In this document: positions 18,251 to 27,460 of the stretch, in pieces | How the letters are laid out: each line of letters starts with the position of its first letter | How positions within the stretch are numbered: position 1 is the stretch's first letter | Assembly (NCBI GenBank): GCA_041163465.1 | Contig: JBEARC010000091.1 | Span: forward strand, 8,364 to 72,363 | Reading direction: 5' to 3' | Origin: Bacteroidota bacterium | GTDB lineage: Bacteria; Bacteroidota; Bacteroidia; Flavobacteriales_D; Sanyastnellaceae | Length of the DNA stretch: 64,000 nucleotides | Position numbers and translations under genes: made by a program | The notes under the pieces: model-generated | The model's database searches: none | What the model saw: the letters and a program-made list of their open reading frames with translations, nothing else | Told to the model about the DNA's origin: nothing

Positions 18251-19507
18251 ATGGAATTCAAGTTTGAAGGACGTCTGAAGCTCGTGACCCAGGTCTTGAT
18301 GGCCATTGGGGTCATCGCCCTGGTAGGTGGCTTCCTCACGGACCACAGCGATCACCACCAGCGTTGGTGGGCCAACCTGTTGATCAATGGGTTCTTCTAC
18401 TTCAGCATCGCATTGGCGGCGTTGTTTTTCTACGCCTTGCAATACGCCACAGAGAGCGGATGGTCTGCCGTACTCAAGCGTTGGTTCGAAGCCCTTTGGG
18501 GCTTCTTGCCCTGGGGTGCTGCGGTGATTGTGATTGTTCTTGTGGCGGGCAGGTTTCACGCTCATCACCTCTACCATTGGATGGACCACACCCTGTACCA
18601 CGAGTACATGGTGGACCATGGAGATCATGTTGATTATGTGGATGAGATGGTGGAGGGTGCCGTGTTGAACCCCAACTACGACCACGTGATTGCGGGCAAG
18701 GCGGCGTACTTCGCCGACGGGTTTTTCTGGCTTCGCACAGTCGCGTATCTCGCAACGTTCTTGATTTTCGCCCGTTTGTTTCGGACGTGGTCGTTGAAGG
18801 AGGATGAGGCGCCCAACTTGGATTTGCACTACAAGCAATACCGACGCGGGGCTTTGTTTTTGGTCTTCTTCGCGGTCTTCAGTTCAACGTTGGCTTGGGA
18901 TTGGATCATGTCCATAGATACGCACTGGTTCAGCACCCTCTTTGGTTGGTATGTGTTCAGTGGCATGTGGGTGAGCTTCATCATTTTCACCAACTTGTCG
19001 ATGCTTTGGTTGAGAAGCAAGGGCTATTTCCAAGAGGTGAATGAAAGCCACATGCACGATTTGGGCAAGTGGATGTTTGCCATCTCCATGCTTTGGAGCT
19101 ATTTGTGGGTGAGCCAGTTCTTGTTGATTTGGTATTCCAACATTCCAGAGGAAGTGACGTACTACATGAGTCGCATTTTGGGCGATTACAAGGTGCCATT
19201 TTTGGTCATGTTCTTCATCAACTTCGCAGTTCCATTCTACACCTTGATTGCGCGTGACGCCAAGCGAAACCCTCGATTTGTGGTGCCTGTAGGCTTGCTC
19301 ATCTTCGTTGCCCACTTTGTGGACGTGTACCTGCTCGTCATTCCAGGAACCATGTTTGATCACAACCACTTTGGTTTCTTTGAAGTGGGAATGTTCCTAG
19401 GCTTCTTGGGGCTGTTCATGAATCGAACCTTCGCCACGTTGGCGAAGGCTCCTCTCATCAGCAAAAACCATCCGATGCTTCAAGAGAGCATGGAACTCCA
19501 TTATTGA
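18251..19507 (+). CDS. actF: Alternative complex III subunit ActF (NrfD-like membrane subunit).
   Basis: 418-aa polytopic membrane protein, last gene of the act cluster. Confidence 0.75.
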   Translation: MEFKFEGRLKLVTQVLMAIGVIALVGGFLTDHSDHHQRWWANLLINGFFYFSIALAALFFYALQYATESGWSAVLKRWFEALWGFLPWGAAVIVIVLVAGRFHAHHLYHWMDHTLYHEYMVDHGDHVDYVDEMVEGAVLNPNYDHVIAGKAAYFADGFFWLRTVAYLATFLIFARLFRTWSLKEDEAPNLDLHYKQYRRGALFLVFFAVFSSTLAWDWIMSIDTHWFSTLFGWYVFSGMWVSFIIFTNLSMLWLRSKGYFQEVNESHMHDLGKWMFAISMLWSYLWVSQFLLIWYSNIPEEVTYYMSRILGDYKVPFLVMFFINFAVPFYTLIARDAKRNPRFVVPVGLLIFVAHFVDVYLLVIPGTMFDHNHFGFFEVGMFLGFLGLFMNRTFATLAKAPLISKNHPMLQESMELHY

Positions 19508-19527
19508 TTTAGACAACAGACGATCTC

Positions 19528-20949
19528 ATGAAACTCATCACGCTTCTCGTCGTCATCGCTGGGGTTATTGCCCTGGCTCAATTGGCCAAAGTAGGTCAGT
19601 TGACGGCTCTCATTCGAAACAAGAAGGAGGAAGACATCAGCGAGGCAGATTCTCGCCTCAATGGTAGTTTGTTTGTCGTCTTCATGGTGCTTTTTTATGC
19701 CTCCTTTGTGTGGCTCTTGGTCCGGTATGGAGATTATGCACCCCCCTCGGCCTCAGCGCATGGGGAGGCTGTAGACACGTTGATGTCATTCAACATGTAC
19801 ATCATCATTGCGGTCTTCTTCCTGGTGAACACAGCGCTGTTCTTGTTCGCCAACAAATACCGTTACGACAAAACGCGAAAGGCCAAATTTTTCGCGCATG
19901 ACAACCGTTTGGAGTTGATTTGGACGGTTATTCCATCCATCGTCTTGGCTGTCATCATCATTTACGGCCTGAGGACATGGAATGAGATGACTGGGGAACC
20001 AGCCGAGGATGCCTTGAGGGTGGAGGTGTATTCGAAGCAATTCGATTGGACCGCTCGTTATCCAGGAGCAGATGGTGAATTTGGTTTGGCGAATTTCAAT
20101 TTGATTACGCCTGCCAATCCATTGGGCATTGTGACATCCGACGGGGTTGCCGAGGCTTTGGAAGAAATTGAAGGCCAAATCGCAAGCATCGAATCAGAAT
20201 TGGCGCACGAACGTGGCCGATTGTTGGCGGAAATCGAGGACATCCAAGCTTCGCTGCACGGCGACCATGGACACGGGGGTCATGGACATGCAGGCGATCA
20301 TGGCGATGAGGGCCATGGACATGACGAACATGGCATGAATGCGGAGCATCAGGCCTTGTTGGAAGCCCGGCTGTGGGAACTAGAACATCGTTTGGGAAGC
20401 AATGATGTGGTCGTTCTTTCAGAGGCAGCCGTTGAAGCGAAGGAGGACAAGCTTCACCGCTTGAAGCGCCATCGTCAGCGCATCATGGAGGTGAAGCCGT
20501 TTGATTACGACGGAGGTGTGTCCGCTTGGGAAGCTGGAATGGATGACAAGATCATGAAGGGAGAATTTCACCTGCCCGTGGGACGTGAGGTTGAGTTTGT
20601 CTTCCGTTCGAGGGATGTGATTCACAGCGCATACATGCCACATTTCCGGGCCCAAATGAACACGGTTCCCGGTGTACCCACGCGGTTTAAGATGACTCCC
20701 ACGATCACCACGGACAGCATGCGGACGATTTTGAACGACCCAGACTTCGATTACATCTTGCTTTGCAACAAGGTCTGTGGAGCGGCCCACTTCAACATGC
20801 AAATGAAGGTGGTGGTTGAGAGTGAGGAGGCTTACAACGCCTGGCTCGAGTCTCAAGACGAATTTTTGGCGGAAAAGCCAAACATGGTCAACCCTGACGC
20901 CCGTGCAGAGGTTGCCACGAAAGACAACGAAGAATCAGCAACCCTTTGA
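19528..20949 (+). CDS. coxB: Cytochrome c oxidase subunit II with a long periplasmic coiled-coil / His-rich insertion.
   Basis: 473 aa with two N-terminal TM helices. The CuA-type motif is HSAYMPHF...CNKVCGAAHFNM. The insertion reads EALEEIEGQIASIESELAHERGRLLAEIEDIQASLHGDHGHGGHGHAGDHGDEGHGHDEHG. Confidence 0.85.
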   Translation: MKLITLLVVIAGVIALAQLAKVGQLTALIRNKKEEDISEADSRLNGSLFVVFMVLFYASFVWLLVRYGDYAPPSASAHGEAVDTLMSFNMYIIIAVFFLVNTALFLFANKYRYDKTRKAKFFAHDNRLELIWTVIPSIVLAVIIIYGLRTWNEMTGEPAEDALRVEVYSKQFDWTARYPGADGEFGLANFNLITPANPLGIVTSDGVAEALEEIEGQIASIESELAHERGRLLAEIEDIQASLHGDHGHGGHGHAGDHGDEGHGHDEHGMNAEHQALLEARLWELEHRLGSNDVVVLSEAAVEAKEDKLHRLKRHRQRIMEVKPFDYDGGVSAWEAGMDDKIMKGEFHLPVGREVEFVFRSRDVIHSAYMPHFRAQMNTVPGVPTRFKMTPTITTDSMRTILNDPDFDYILLCNKVCGAAHFNMQMKVVVESEEAYNAWLESQDEFLAEKPNMVNPDARAEVATKDNEESATL

Positions 20950-20951
20950 AC

Positions 20952-22706
20952 ATGGCTGGACACGCACACCACGAAGAGAGCTTCGTCTCGAAGTACATCT
21001 TCTCCCAAGATCACAAAATGATCTCTAAGCAATTCCTGATGACAGCGGTTGTCATGGGAGTGATTGCTGTGATGCTTTCCGTTTTCTTTCGATTGCAGCT
21101 CGGCTGGCCTGGTGAGAGCTTTGCCATTCTTGAAACATTCCTAGGCAAGTGGGCGCCTGGAGGAGTTCTGGATAGAAATGCCTATTTGGCTCTTGTGACC
21201 ATCCACGGCACCATCATGGTGTTCTTTGTGTTGACGGGTGGCTTGTCAGGAACCTTCAGCAACCTGCTCATTCCCCTTCAGATTGGAGCACGGGACATGG
21301 CTTCGGGATTCTTGAACATGTTGAGCTACTGGTTCTTTGCCGTGTCCAGTGTGATCATGATTTTCTCCTTGTTTGTCGAGGGAGGTGCTGCTTCCGGGGG
21401 ATGGACGGTGTATCCTCCGCTGAGCGCCTTGCCCCAAGCGATGCCAGGTTCCGGCATGGGAATGACCTTGTGGTTGATTTCCATGACGCTGTTTGTCGTA
21501 AGCTCGTTGCTCGGCGGATTGAACTACATCGTCACAGTGGTCAACTTGCGGACGAAGGGGATGAGCATGACGCGTCTTCCATTGACGATTTGGGCATTCT
21601 TGGTGACTGCCATCCTGGGCGTGTTGTCGTTCCCCGTGCTCGTTTCAGCGGTGGTCTTGTTGCTGATGGACCGCTCCATGGGAACTGCGTTCTACCTGAG
21701 CGACATCTTCATCGGTGGAGAGGCACTGGATGTCACGGGGGGTAGTCCCATCTTGTATCAACACTTGTTCTGGTTCTTGGGTCACCCTGAGGTGTACATC
21801 GTGTTGTTGCCAGCCCTGGGAATCAGTTCGGAAATCATTGCGACGAACTCGCGCAAGCCAATCTTTGGGTACAAGGCCATGATTGGGTCAATTCTCGGTA
21901 TCGGCTTCCTAAGTTTCATTGTGTGGGGTCACCACATGTTCGTGACTGGCATGAACCCATTCTTGGGATCGGTGTTTGTGTTCACCACCTTGTTGATCGC
22001 CATTCCCTCTGCAGTGAAGGCCTTTAACTACATCACAACGCTCTGGCAGGGCAATTTGCGGTTCACGCCAGCCATGTTGTTCTCAATTGGTCTGGTGAGC
22101 ACATTTGTGACAGGCGGATTGACGGGAATCATCTTGGCAGACTCGGCCTTGGATGTGAACGTGCACGACACCTACTTTGTGGTGGCGCACTTCCACATTG
22201 TGATGGGGATGAGTGCCATTTTCGGCATGCTCGCCGGGGTGTACCATTGGTACCCCAAGATGTTTGGGCGAATGATGAACATGAAGTTGGGGTACGCGCA
22301 CTTCTGGATCACGCTCGTGTGTGGTTATGGCGTGTTCTTCCCCATGCACTTCGTGGGAATGGCGGGTGCGCCACGGCGTTACTACGACTACAGTGCGTTT
22401 GAGTATTTGGACTTCGTGATGGACTTGCAGCCCATCATTTCTACGTTCGCCATCATTGGTGCGCTGGGTCAACTGCCCTTTTTGTTCAACTTCTTTTACA
22501 GCATTTTCCGTGGTCAGGTGGCTACAGAGAATCCATGGAAGGCCAATACGTTGGAGTGGACAACTCCTGTGAAGCACGTTCATGGAAACTGGCCAGGCTC
22601 GCTCCCCGAGGTTCATCGTTGGGCTTATGACTATAGCAATCCAGATTTTGACGAGGATTTCGTTCCTCAAACGGTACCCTTGAAGGCCGGGGAGACGGCA
22701 CACTAA
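20952..22706 (+). CDS. ctaD: Cytochrome c oxidase subunit I.
   Basis: The track ORF starts at a TTG at 20946; the first ATG is at 20952. It is a 12-TM haem-copper oxidase carrying LFWFLGHPEVYIVLLPA and HFHIVMG. Confidence 0.95.
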   Translation: MAGHAHHEESFVSKYIFSQDHKMISKQFLMTAVVMGVIAVMLSVFFRLQLGWPGESFAILETFLGKWAPGGVLDRNAYLALVTIHGTIMVFFVLTGGLSGTFSNLLIPLQIGARDMASGFLNMLSYWFFAVSSVIMIFSLFVEGGAASGGWTVYPPLSALPQAMPGSGMGMTLWLISMTLFVVSSLLGGLNYIVTVVNLRTKGMSMTRLPLTIWAFLVTAILGVLSFPVLVSAVVLLLMDRSMGTAFYLSDIFIGGEALDVTGGSPILYQHLFWFLGHPEVYIVLLPALGISSEIIATNSRKPIFGYKAMIGSILGIGFLSFIVWGHHMFVTGMNPFLGSVFVFTTLLIAIPSAVKAFNYITTLWQGNLRFTPAMLFSIGLVSTFVTGGLTGIILADSALDVNVHDTYFVVAHFHIVMGMSAIFGMLAGVYHWYPKMFGRMMNMKLGYAHFWITLVCGYGVFFPMHFVGMAGAPRRYYDYSAFEYLDFVMDLQPIISTFAIIGALGQLPFLFNFFYSIFRGQVATENPWKANTLEWTTPVKHVHGNWPGSLPEVHRWAYDYSNPDFDEDFVPQTVPLKAGETAH

Positions 22707-22746
22707 GTGCCATCATGTCGCATGCGGCCTGTGAATGGCGCGTTGG

Positions 22747-22775
22747 AAAAGCCCTCACGTTGGTGGGGGCTTTTT
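22747..22775 (+). terminator. Rho-independent terminator after ctaD.
   Basis: AAAAGCCC (22747-22754) pairs with GGGCTTTT (22767-22774) around a 12-nt loop (TCACGTTGGTGG), with a T-run through 22775. Confidence 0.7.
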
Positions 22776-22803
22776 CATCTCTGGACTTGGTAACTTGGCT
22801 GTG

Positions 22804-23838
22804 ATGCTACAGGACGACGATTTTGACGTGAGGGGAGAAGCCGAACAGGCCTCGGACGGGGATTTGGACCGCGTCCTGCGGCCCGCACGGTTTGAAGATT
22901 TCACGGGCCAGCGCGCGGCCATGGATAATCTACGCGTGTTTGTGCTCGCGGCACGCCAGCGTGCCGAGGCCTTGGATCATGTGCTGCTGCACGGGCCTCC
23001 TGGACTTGGGAAGACGACGTTGGCCAACATCGTGGCCAACGAAATGGGGGTGGCCATTCGAACCACGTCTGGTCCCGTGTTGGACAAGCCAGGTGACCTT
23101 GCAGGATTGCTGACCAGTCTCGAGCCCAACGATGTGCTATTCATTGACGAAATTCATCGTCTGTCTCCTGTGGTGGAGGAATACCTCTACAGCGCCATGG
23201 AGGATTACCGGATTGACCTTGTAATCGACACGGGACCCAACGCACGAACGGTTCAAATCGACCTCAATCCGTTCACCTTGGTGGGGGCCACAACGCGGTC
23301 GGGTTTGTTGACAGCTCCGCTCCGGGCGAGGTTTGGAATCAACCTGAGGTTGCAGTACTACGATGCCAAAACCCTGACGGACATTGTGGAACGGTCTGCA
23401 GGAATCTTGAACATTGACATTGACGGTACGGCCGCTTACGAGATTGCTTCCCGGAGCCGAGGGACGCCCCGAATCAGCAATGCGCTTCTTCGACGTGTGC
23501 GAGACTTCGCCCAAGTGAAGGGATCGGGACGCATTGACCCTGAGGTGACTGCGTACGCTCTGGATGCTCTTCAGGTAGATAAGAAGGGGTTGGACGAGAT
23601 GGACAATCGCATTTTATCGGCGATCATCGACAAATTCAAGGGTGGTCCTGTGGGTGCCGGTACGCTGGCCACGGCCATTGGAGAAAACCCGGGCACGCTG
23701 GAAGAAGTCTACGAGCCTTACCTCATTCAAGAGGGCTTGTTGGTGCGCACCCCGAGGGGGCGTCAGGCGACCGCTGCGGCGTACGCACACATGGGCCGGA
23801 ATCCGTCTGCGGGTTCGGGAGACTTGTTTGGCGGTTGA
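22804..23838 (+). CDS. ruvB: Holliday junction branch migration ATPase RuvB.
   Basis: The ATG at 22804 gives [12 protein letters not shown].... Walker A is [11 protein letters not shown] and Walker B is [10 protein letters not shown]. The track ORF's upstream extension overlaps the ctaD terminator. Confidence 0.95.
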   Translation: MLQDDDFDVRGEAEQASDGDLDRVLRPARFEDFTGQRAAMDNLRVFVLAARQRAEALDHVLLHGPPGLGKTTLANIVANEMGVAIRTTSGPVLDKPGDLAGLLTSLEPNDVLFIDEIHRLSPVVEEYLYSAMEDYRIDLVIDTGPNARTVQIDLNPFTLVGATTRSGLLTAPLRARFGINLRLQYYDAKTLTDIVERSAGILNIDIDGTAAYEIASRSRGTPRISNALLRRVRDFAQVKGSGRIDPEVTAYALDALQVDKKGLDEMDNRILSAIIDKFKGGPVGAGTLATAIGENPGTLEEVYEPYLIQEGLLVRTPRGRQATAAAYAHMGRNPSAGSGDLFGG

Positions 23839-23840
23839 CC

Positions 23841-24809
23841 ATGGGCAAATCTCGGCATCTTGGGGAGGAGCGTGCGGCGTGGCTTAAGCGTCGTGCCCAA
23901 GAGCTCGGGTTCACGTCTGTAGGTATTTCGGTCGCAGACGAGTTAACCGAGGAGGCACCTCGCTTGGAGTCATGGCTCAGGCAGGGTATGCACGGCGAGA
24001 TGTCCTACATGGAAGGGAATTTCGACAAGCGTTTGGACCCGCGAAAGTTGTTGCCGGGGACGCGTTCGGTCGTCAGTTTGCTTTTCAATTACCACAACCC
24101 TCGCGTCGCTGCAGACCCTGACGCCCCACGGATCGCCCAATACGCCTATGGGGAAGATTATCATTTTGTTCTGAAGTGGAAACTGAAGGAGTTGTTGAAG
24201 GGGATGCGGGAAGAATGGGGTGAGGTGGAGGGAAGGGTATACGTCGATTCGGCGCCAATCTTGGAACGGGCATGGGCTGAGCGTTCGGGGCTTGGTTGGA
24301 TTGGCAAGAACAGCCTTTTGCTCAACAAGAATTGCGGGAGCTATTTCTTCTTGGCGGAGATGCTGCTCGACGTGGAGCTAGAACCCGACGCGCCGGTGAC
24401 GGACCATTGCGGCACCTGTACGCGATGCATTGATGCTTGCCCTACGGATGCAATCATCAAGCCCTATGTCGTAGACGGAAGCAAGTGCATCAGTTATTTC
24501 ACCATTGAACTCAGAGGAGCGATTCCTGAACCTGTGAAGGGTCATATGGAGAATTGGATGTTTGGGTGTGATATCTGTCAAGAGGTTTGTCCTTGGAACA
24601 GACATGCCAGTCCGACGGCGGAACCACGGTTTGCACCCCACCCACGCTTGCTCGACATGACAAAGTCGGACTGGGAGGATTTGACGGAAGAGGTATTCCG
24701 AGAGGTGTTTCGCCACAGTGCGGTGAAGCGCACAGGGCTGGAGGGCCTGAAGCGCAACATCGCGTTTTTGGGCATGAAAAAACCCCCGCTGGAAGGCGAG
24801 GGTTTTTGA
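23841..24809 (+). CDS. queG: tRNA epoxyqueuosine(34) reductase QueG.
   Basis: About 322 aa with 4Fe-4S motifs CGTCTRCIDACPT and CDICQEVCPWN. The track ORF's TTG at 23835 overlaps the ruvB stop. Confidence 0.9.
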   Translation: MGKSRHLGEERAAWLKRRAQELGFTSVGISVADELTEEAPRLESWLRQGMHGEMSYMEGNFDKRLDPRKLLPGTRSVVSLLFNYHNPRVAADPDAPRIAQYAYGEDYHFVLKWKLKELLKGMREEWGEVEGRVYVDSAPILERAWAERSGLGWIGKNSLLLNKNCGSYFFLAEMLLDVELEPDAPVTDHCGTCTRCIDACPTDAIIKPYVVDGSKCISYFTIELRGAIPEPVKGHMENWMFGCDICQEVCPWNRHASPTAEPRFAPHPRLLDMTKSDWEDLTEEVFREVFRHSAVKRTGLEGLKRNIAFLGMKKPPLEGEGF

Positions 24810-24824
24810 AGAAATGCTGGTCAA

Positions 24825-26039
24825 TTAGCGAATCACCACGCGTTGGACTCGCTGAAGGTCACCGGCTGAGAGGCGCACCACATAGACTCCAGAAGGGAGG
24901 GAGCTCACGTCGATCGATGTGCGCTGGGTGCCTGGAACCACATTCCAGGAACGCGTTGCCAAGATGCGGCCATCCAATCCGAGAACGTCGACAATCGCTG
25001 CGCTTGACACGTTGGCCGTCCACTCCAGGCCCAGGTCTCCCCCGTGAACTGGGTTGGGGTAAAGAGAAAGGGAGACAGCGTTCTCCTGAGCGAGGGGCAT
25101 GTTACTGATACTTCCGCCTGTGCTGGCATCGAACACGTTGATCGTGAATCCGTCCACGAGGCCGGTCCACCAACCCAGGGAGTCGACCGACAGGGTTTGA
25201 CAGAAGGTGCTGCTGCAGCTGTCTTCATCGTTGGAGACCGTCAGGCACAATTCGTAAGGGCCGTCCGTTTCGTAGTTCCATGTGGGGAAGGGGTCTGTGC
25301 TGGTTCCCTCGTCGCCGAAGCTCCACAAGTATGCGTTGTCGTCGTCGTAGTCGTAAACGTAAACCCACAAGAGGTTTGAGATGGGTAAGCTGTCGTTGTC
25401 AATCGCTTGGATCACAGTGAACACGGCGTTGCAATCGAACTCCTCTTCCTCCTCGTCCTCTTGCCATGTCCACTCCACGTCGTCCAACCATTCGTCCAAC
25501 TCGAGGCACGCGAGTGTGTCGCCGCTTGTGCAGTCAGTGAGGGACTCGAGAAGGCCGCAATACATCCAGGCGTCGGGGTTGAGCACCTGACCGCACAGGC
25601 TGTCGAGGTAGGCTTGGAGGGCGTCAAGGTCAAGGTCGTCGTCCCAACCTTCGAACTCTTCATCTTCGTCTTCCTCGTCGCAGTACGGAAGTTCAAGTTC
25701 AGCCTGGAGAAGGGGCAAGCCTGCGCTGTCAGCACCTGCGTAGATCATGAAGGTTTCGGCAACCATCGAATCGCCTTGACAATCCACAAACGATGCTGTG
25801 ACGGTGCCTTGCATTGTTCCCATGGGCAAAGCAAACATGACGTATTGCTCTTCGTCTCCCATCAAGAGGATACTCGCCGTGCCGTCCAACATGCTGGGTT
25901 GAGTTTCCAATGTGACCGCGACAATGTCCTCCTCGGAGGCGCCTTCCGCGCTAATCTCGAGAGAGAGGTAGGTGTCGGTTTGGGCCCAGGTCATCGAGAT
26001 CATCCAACCCAACGAGAGAAGTGAGAAAAGGTGTTTCAT
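24825..26039 (-). CDS. Highly acidic secreted protein with a PKD-like domain and a T9SS C-terminal sorting domain.
   Basis: The ATG at 26039 gives MKHLFSLLSLGWMISMTWAQ. Acidic runs are DEEDEDEEFEGWDDDLDLD and QEDEEEEEFD. The PKD-like motif is WSFGDEGTSTDPFPTWNYETDGPYELCLTVSND. The CTD is LSLYPNPVHGG...LPSGVYVVRLSAGDLQRVQRVVIR. Confidence 0.75.
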   Translation of the reverse strand: MKHLFSLLSLGWMISMTWAQTDTYLSLEISAEGASEEDIVAVTLETQPSMLDGTASILLMGDEEQYVMFALPMGTMQGTVTASFVDCQGDSMVAETFMIYAGADSAGLPLLQAELELPYCDEEDEDEEFEGWDDDLDLDALQAYLDSLCGQVLNPDAWMYCGLLESLTDCTSGDTLACLELDEWLDDVEWTWQEDEEEEEFDCNAVFTVIQAIDNDSLPISNLLWVYVYDYDDDNAYLWSFGDEGTSTDPFPTWNYETDGPYELCLTVSNDEDSCSSTFCQTLSVDSLGWWTGLVDGFTINVFDASTGGSISNMPLAQENAVSLSLYPNPVHGGDLGLEWTANVSSAAIVDVLGLDGRILATRSWNVVPGTQRTSIDVSSLPSGVYVVRLSAGDLQRVQRVVIR

Positions 26040-26098
26040 TGTATCCGTGTTTGCATTACGAACGCAAAGATACCTCCAATGGGTTGCGCGCGCCCTAC

Positions 26099-26299
26099 TC
26101 AGGCGTCGATGGCATGCACAGCGGCAAAGGTGGCAACAATCAACTGGGCATACTTTTTGGAGTACATGGCCAAGGCCCACGTTTTGAGTTCCAAGGCATC
26201 GTCATAGCTCAAAAAGGAGAAGCTCTTTTTGAGCTCTCGGGCGAACAGGCGTCGGTCAATGCTCGCGCGCGTCAAGACGGTTTTGCAAAACTCCAACAT
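26099..26299 (-). CDS. Small hypothetical protein (66 aa).
   Basis: Track ORF MLEFCKTVLTRASIDRRLFARELKKSFSFLSYDDALELKTWALAMYSKKYAQLIVATFAAVHAIDA. Its amino-acid composition is balanced, unlike the R/P/H-rich spurious frames, and it starts with ATG. It lies 60 bp upstream of, and co-oriented with, the T9SS cargo gene. I recognise no family. Confidence 0.35.
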   Translation of the reverse strand: MLEFCKTVLTRASIDRRLFARELKKSFSFLSYDDALELKTWALAMYSKKYAQLIVATFAAVHAIDA

Positions 26300-26401
26300 G
26301 ATTTGAGGTCTCTGGGTTTGTTCCCAAGATGCAACGGGACAAGGCCTCGGGTGTCACAACGAAATCCAACAAACCTCAAAATGCAGCGTGAGGGCCTGCC
26401 G

Positions 26402-26409
26402 TACCTTTG
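26402..26409 (+). promoter_or_regulatory. Candidate -7 box TACCTTTG, 7 nt upstream of the trhO ATG.
   Basis: Exact TAnnTTTG match, read directly. Confidence 0.35.
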
Positions 26410-26416
26410 TTGCGGT

Positions 26417-27460
26417 ATGAAACGTCTACACAACATTGAAGACCGTCGCGTGCTTCTCGAACGCATGAAGGCGGACACCCGTCCACGAACGACGTTGAGC
26501 TTTTACCGCTATGTCCATCTCGAGGATCCTCAGCGGACGCGGAACGAATTGTATGAGGCGTGGGAAAGGTTGGAGGTGTTGGGGCGTACGTACGTGGCCA
26601 AGGAGGGAATCAACGCCCAAATCTCACTTCCTTCTGAGCGATTCGAGGATTTCAAGGCGCACATCGACGGTCTCGGGTGGTTGCCCAACCTGCGGTTGAA
26701 CGTGGCCGTGGAACAGGGGAAGAGTTTTTTCAAGCTCATTGTTCGTGTTCGTGAAAAGATCGTGGCGGATGGGTTGGAGGACGGGGCGTTCGACGTCACC
26801 GACTGCGGCAAGCACTTGAAGGCGGAGGAGTTCAATGAGATGACGGATCGTGAAGACACGGTCCTCATTGACATGCGGAATTCGTACGAAAGCGAGGTGG
26901 GGCATTTCGAGGGCGCGATTTGTCCGGACGTGAACACCTTCCGGGAGGAGATTGACATGGTGGAGGAGATGTTCCAAGACCAAAAGGACACCAACATCGT
27001 GATGTATTGCACCGGGGGTATTCGTTGCGAAAAGGCAAGCGCCTACCTCAAGCACAAAGGCTTCAAGAATGTCCACCAACTTGAGGGTGGCATCATTGAG
27101 TATACGCGTCGAGCCAAGGAGGCTGGAATCCGCAACAAGTTTGTGGGGAAGAATTTCGTGTTTGACGAACGCATGGCGGAGCGCATTTCAGACGACGTCA
27201 TTGCGCATTGCCATACTTGCGGGGAGCCTTGTGATACGCATGTGAATTGTTGCAATCCCACGTGCAACATCTTGATGATTCAGTGTGACGTTTGCCAAGA
27301 AACTTCGCAAGGAACGTGCAGCGAGTCGTGTCATGCGTTCGTGCAGTTGCCGGAAGAGGAGCAGCGGGAACGTCGGAAGGGCACGAAGGCGCGGGGCGGA
27401 TTCATGCGTGGAGCCAAGGGTTTGGCACGAGGAGGTGTTACGCCAAGAAGTCGGCAGTAA
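26417..27460 (+). CDS. trhO: Rhodanese-related tRNA uridine(34) hydroxylase TrhO (UPF0176/YceA family).
   Basis: The ATG at 26417 gives MKRLHNIEDRRVLLERMKADTRPRTTLSFYRYV.... The rhodanese loop is YCTGGIRCEKA and the tail is Cys-rich (HCHTCGEPCDTHVNCCNPTC). The track ORF's 132-codon upstream extension overlaps the neighbouring gene start. Confidence 0.85.
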   Translation: MKRLHNIEDRRVLLERMKADTRPRTTLSFYRYVHLEDPQRTRNELYEAWERLEVLGRTYVAKEGINAQISLPSERFEDFKAHIDGLGWLPNLRLNVAVEQGKSFFKLIVRVREKIVADGLEDGAFDVTDCGKHLKAEEFNEMTDREDTVLIDMRNSYESEVGHFEGAICPDVNTFREEIDMVEEMFQDQKDTNIVMYCTGGIRCEKASAYLKHKGFKNVHQLEGGIIEYTRRAKEAGIRNKFVGKNFVFDERMAERISDDVIAHCHTCGEPCDTHVNCCNPTCNILMIQCDVCQETSQGTCSESCHAFVQLPEEEQRERRKGTKARGGFMRGAKGLARGGVTPRSRQ

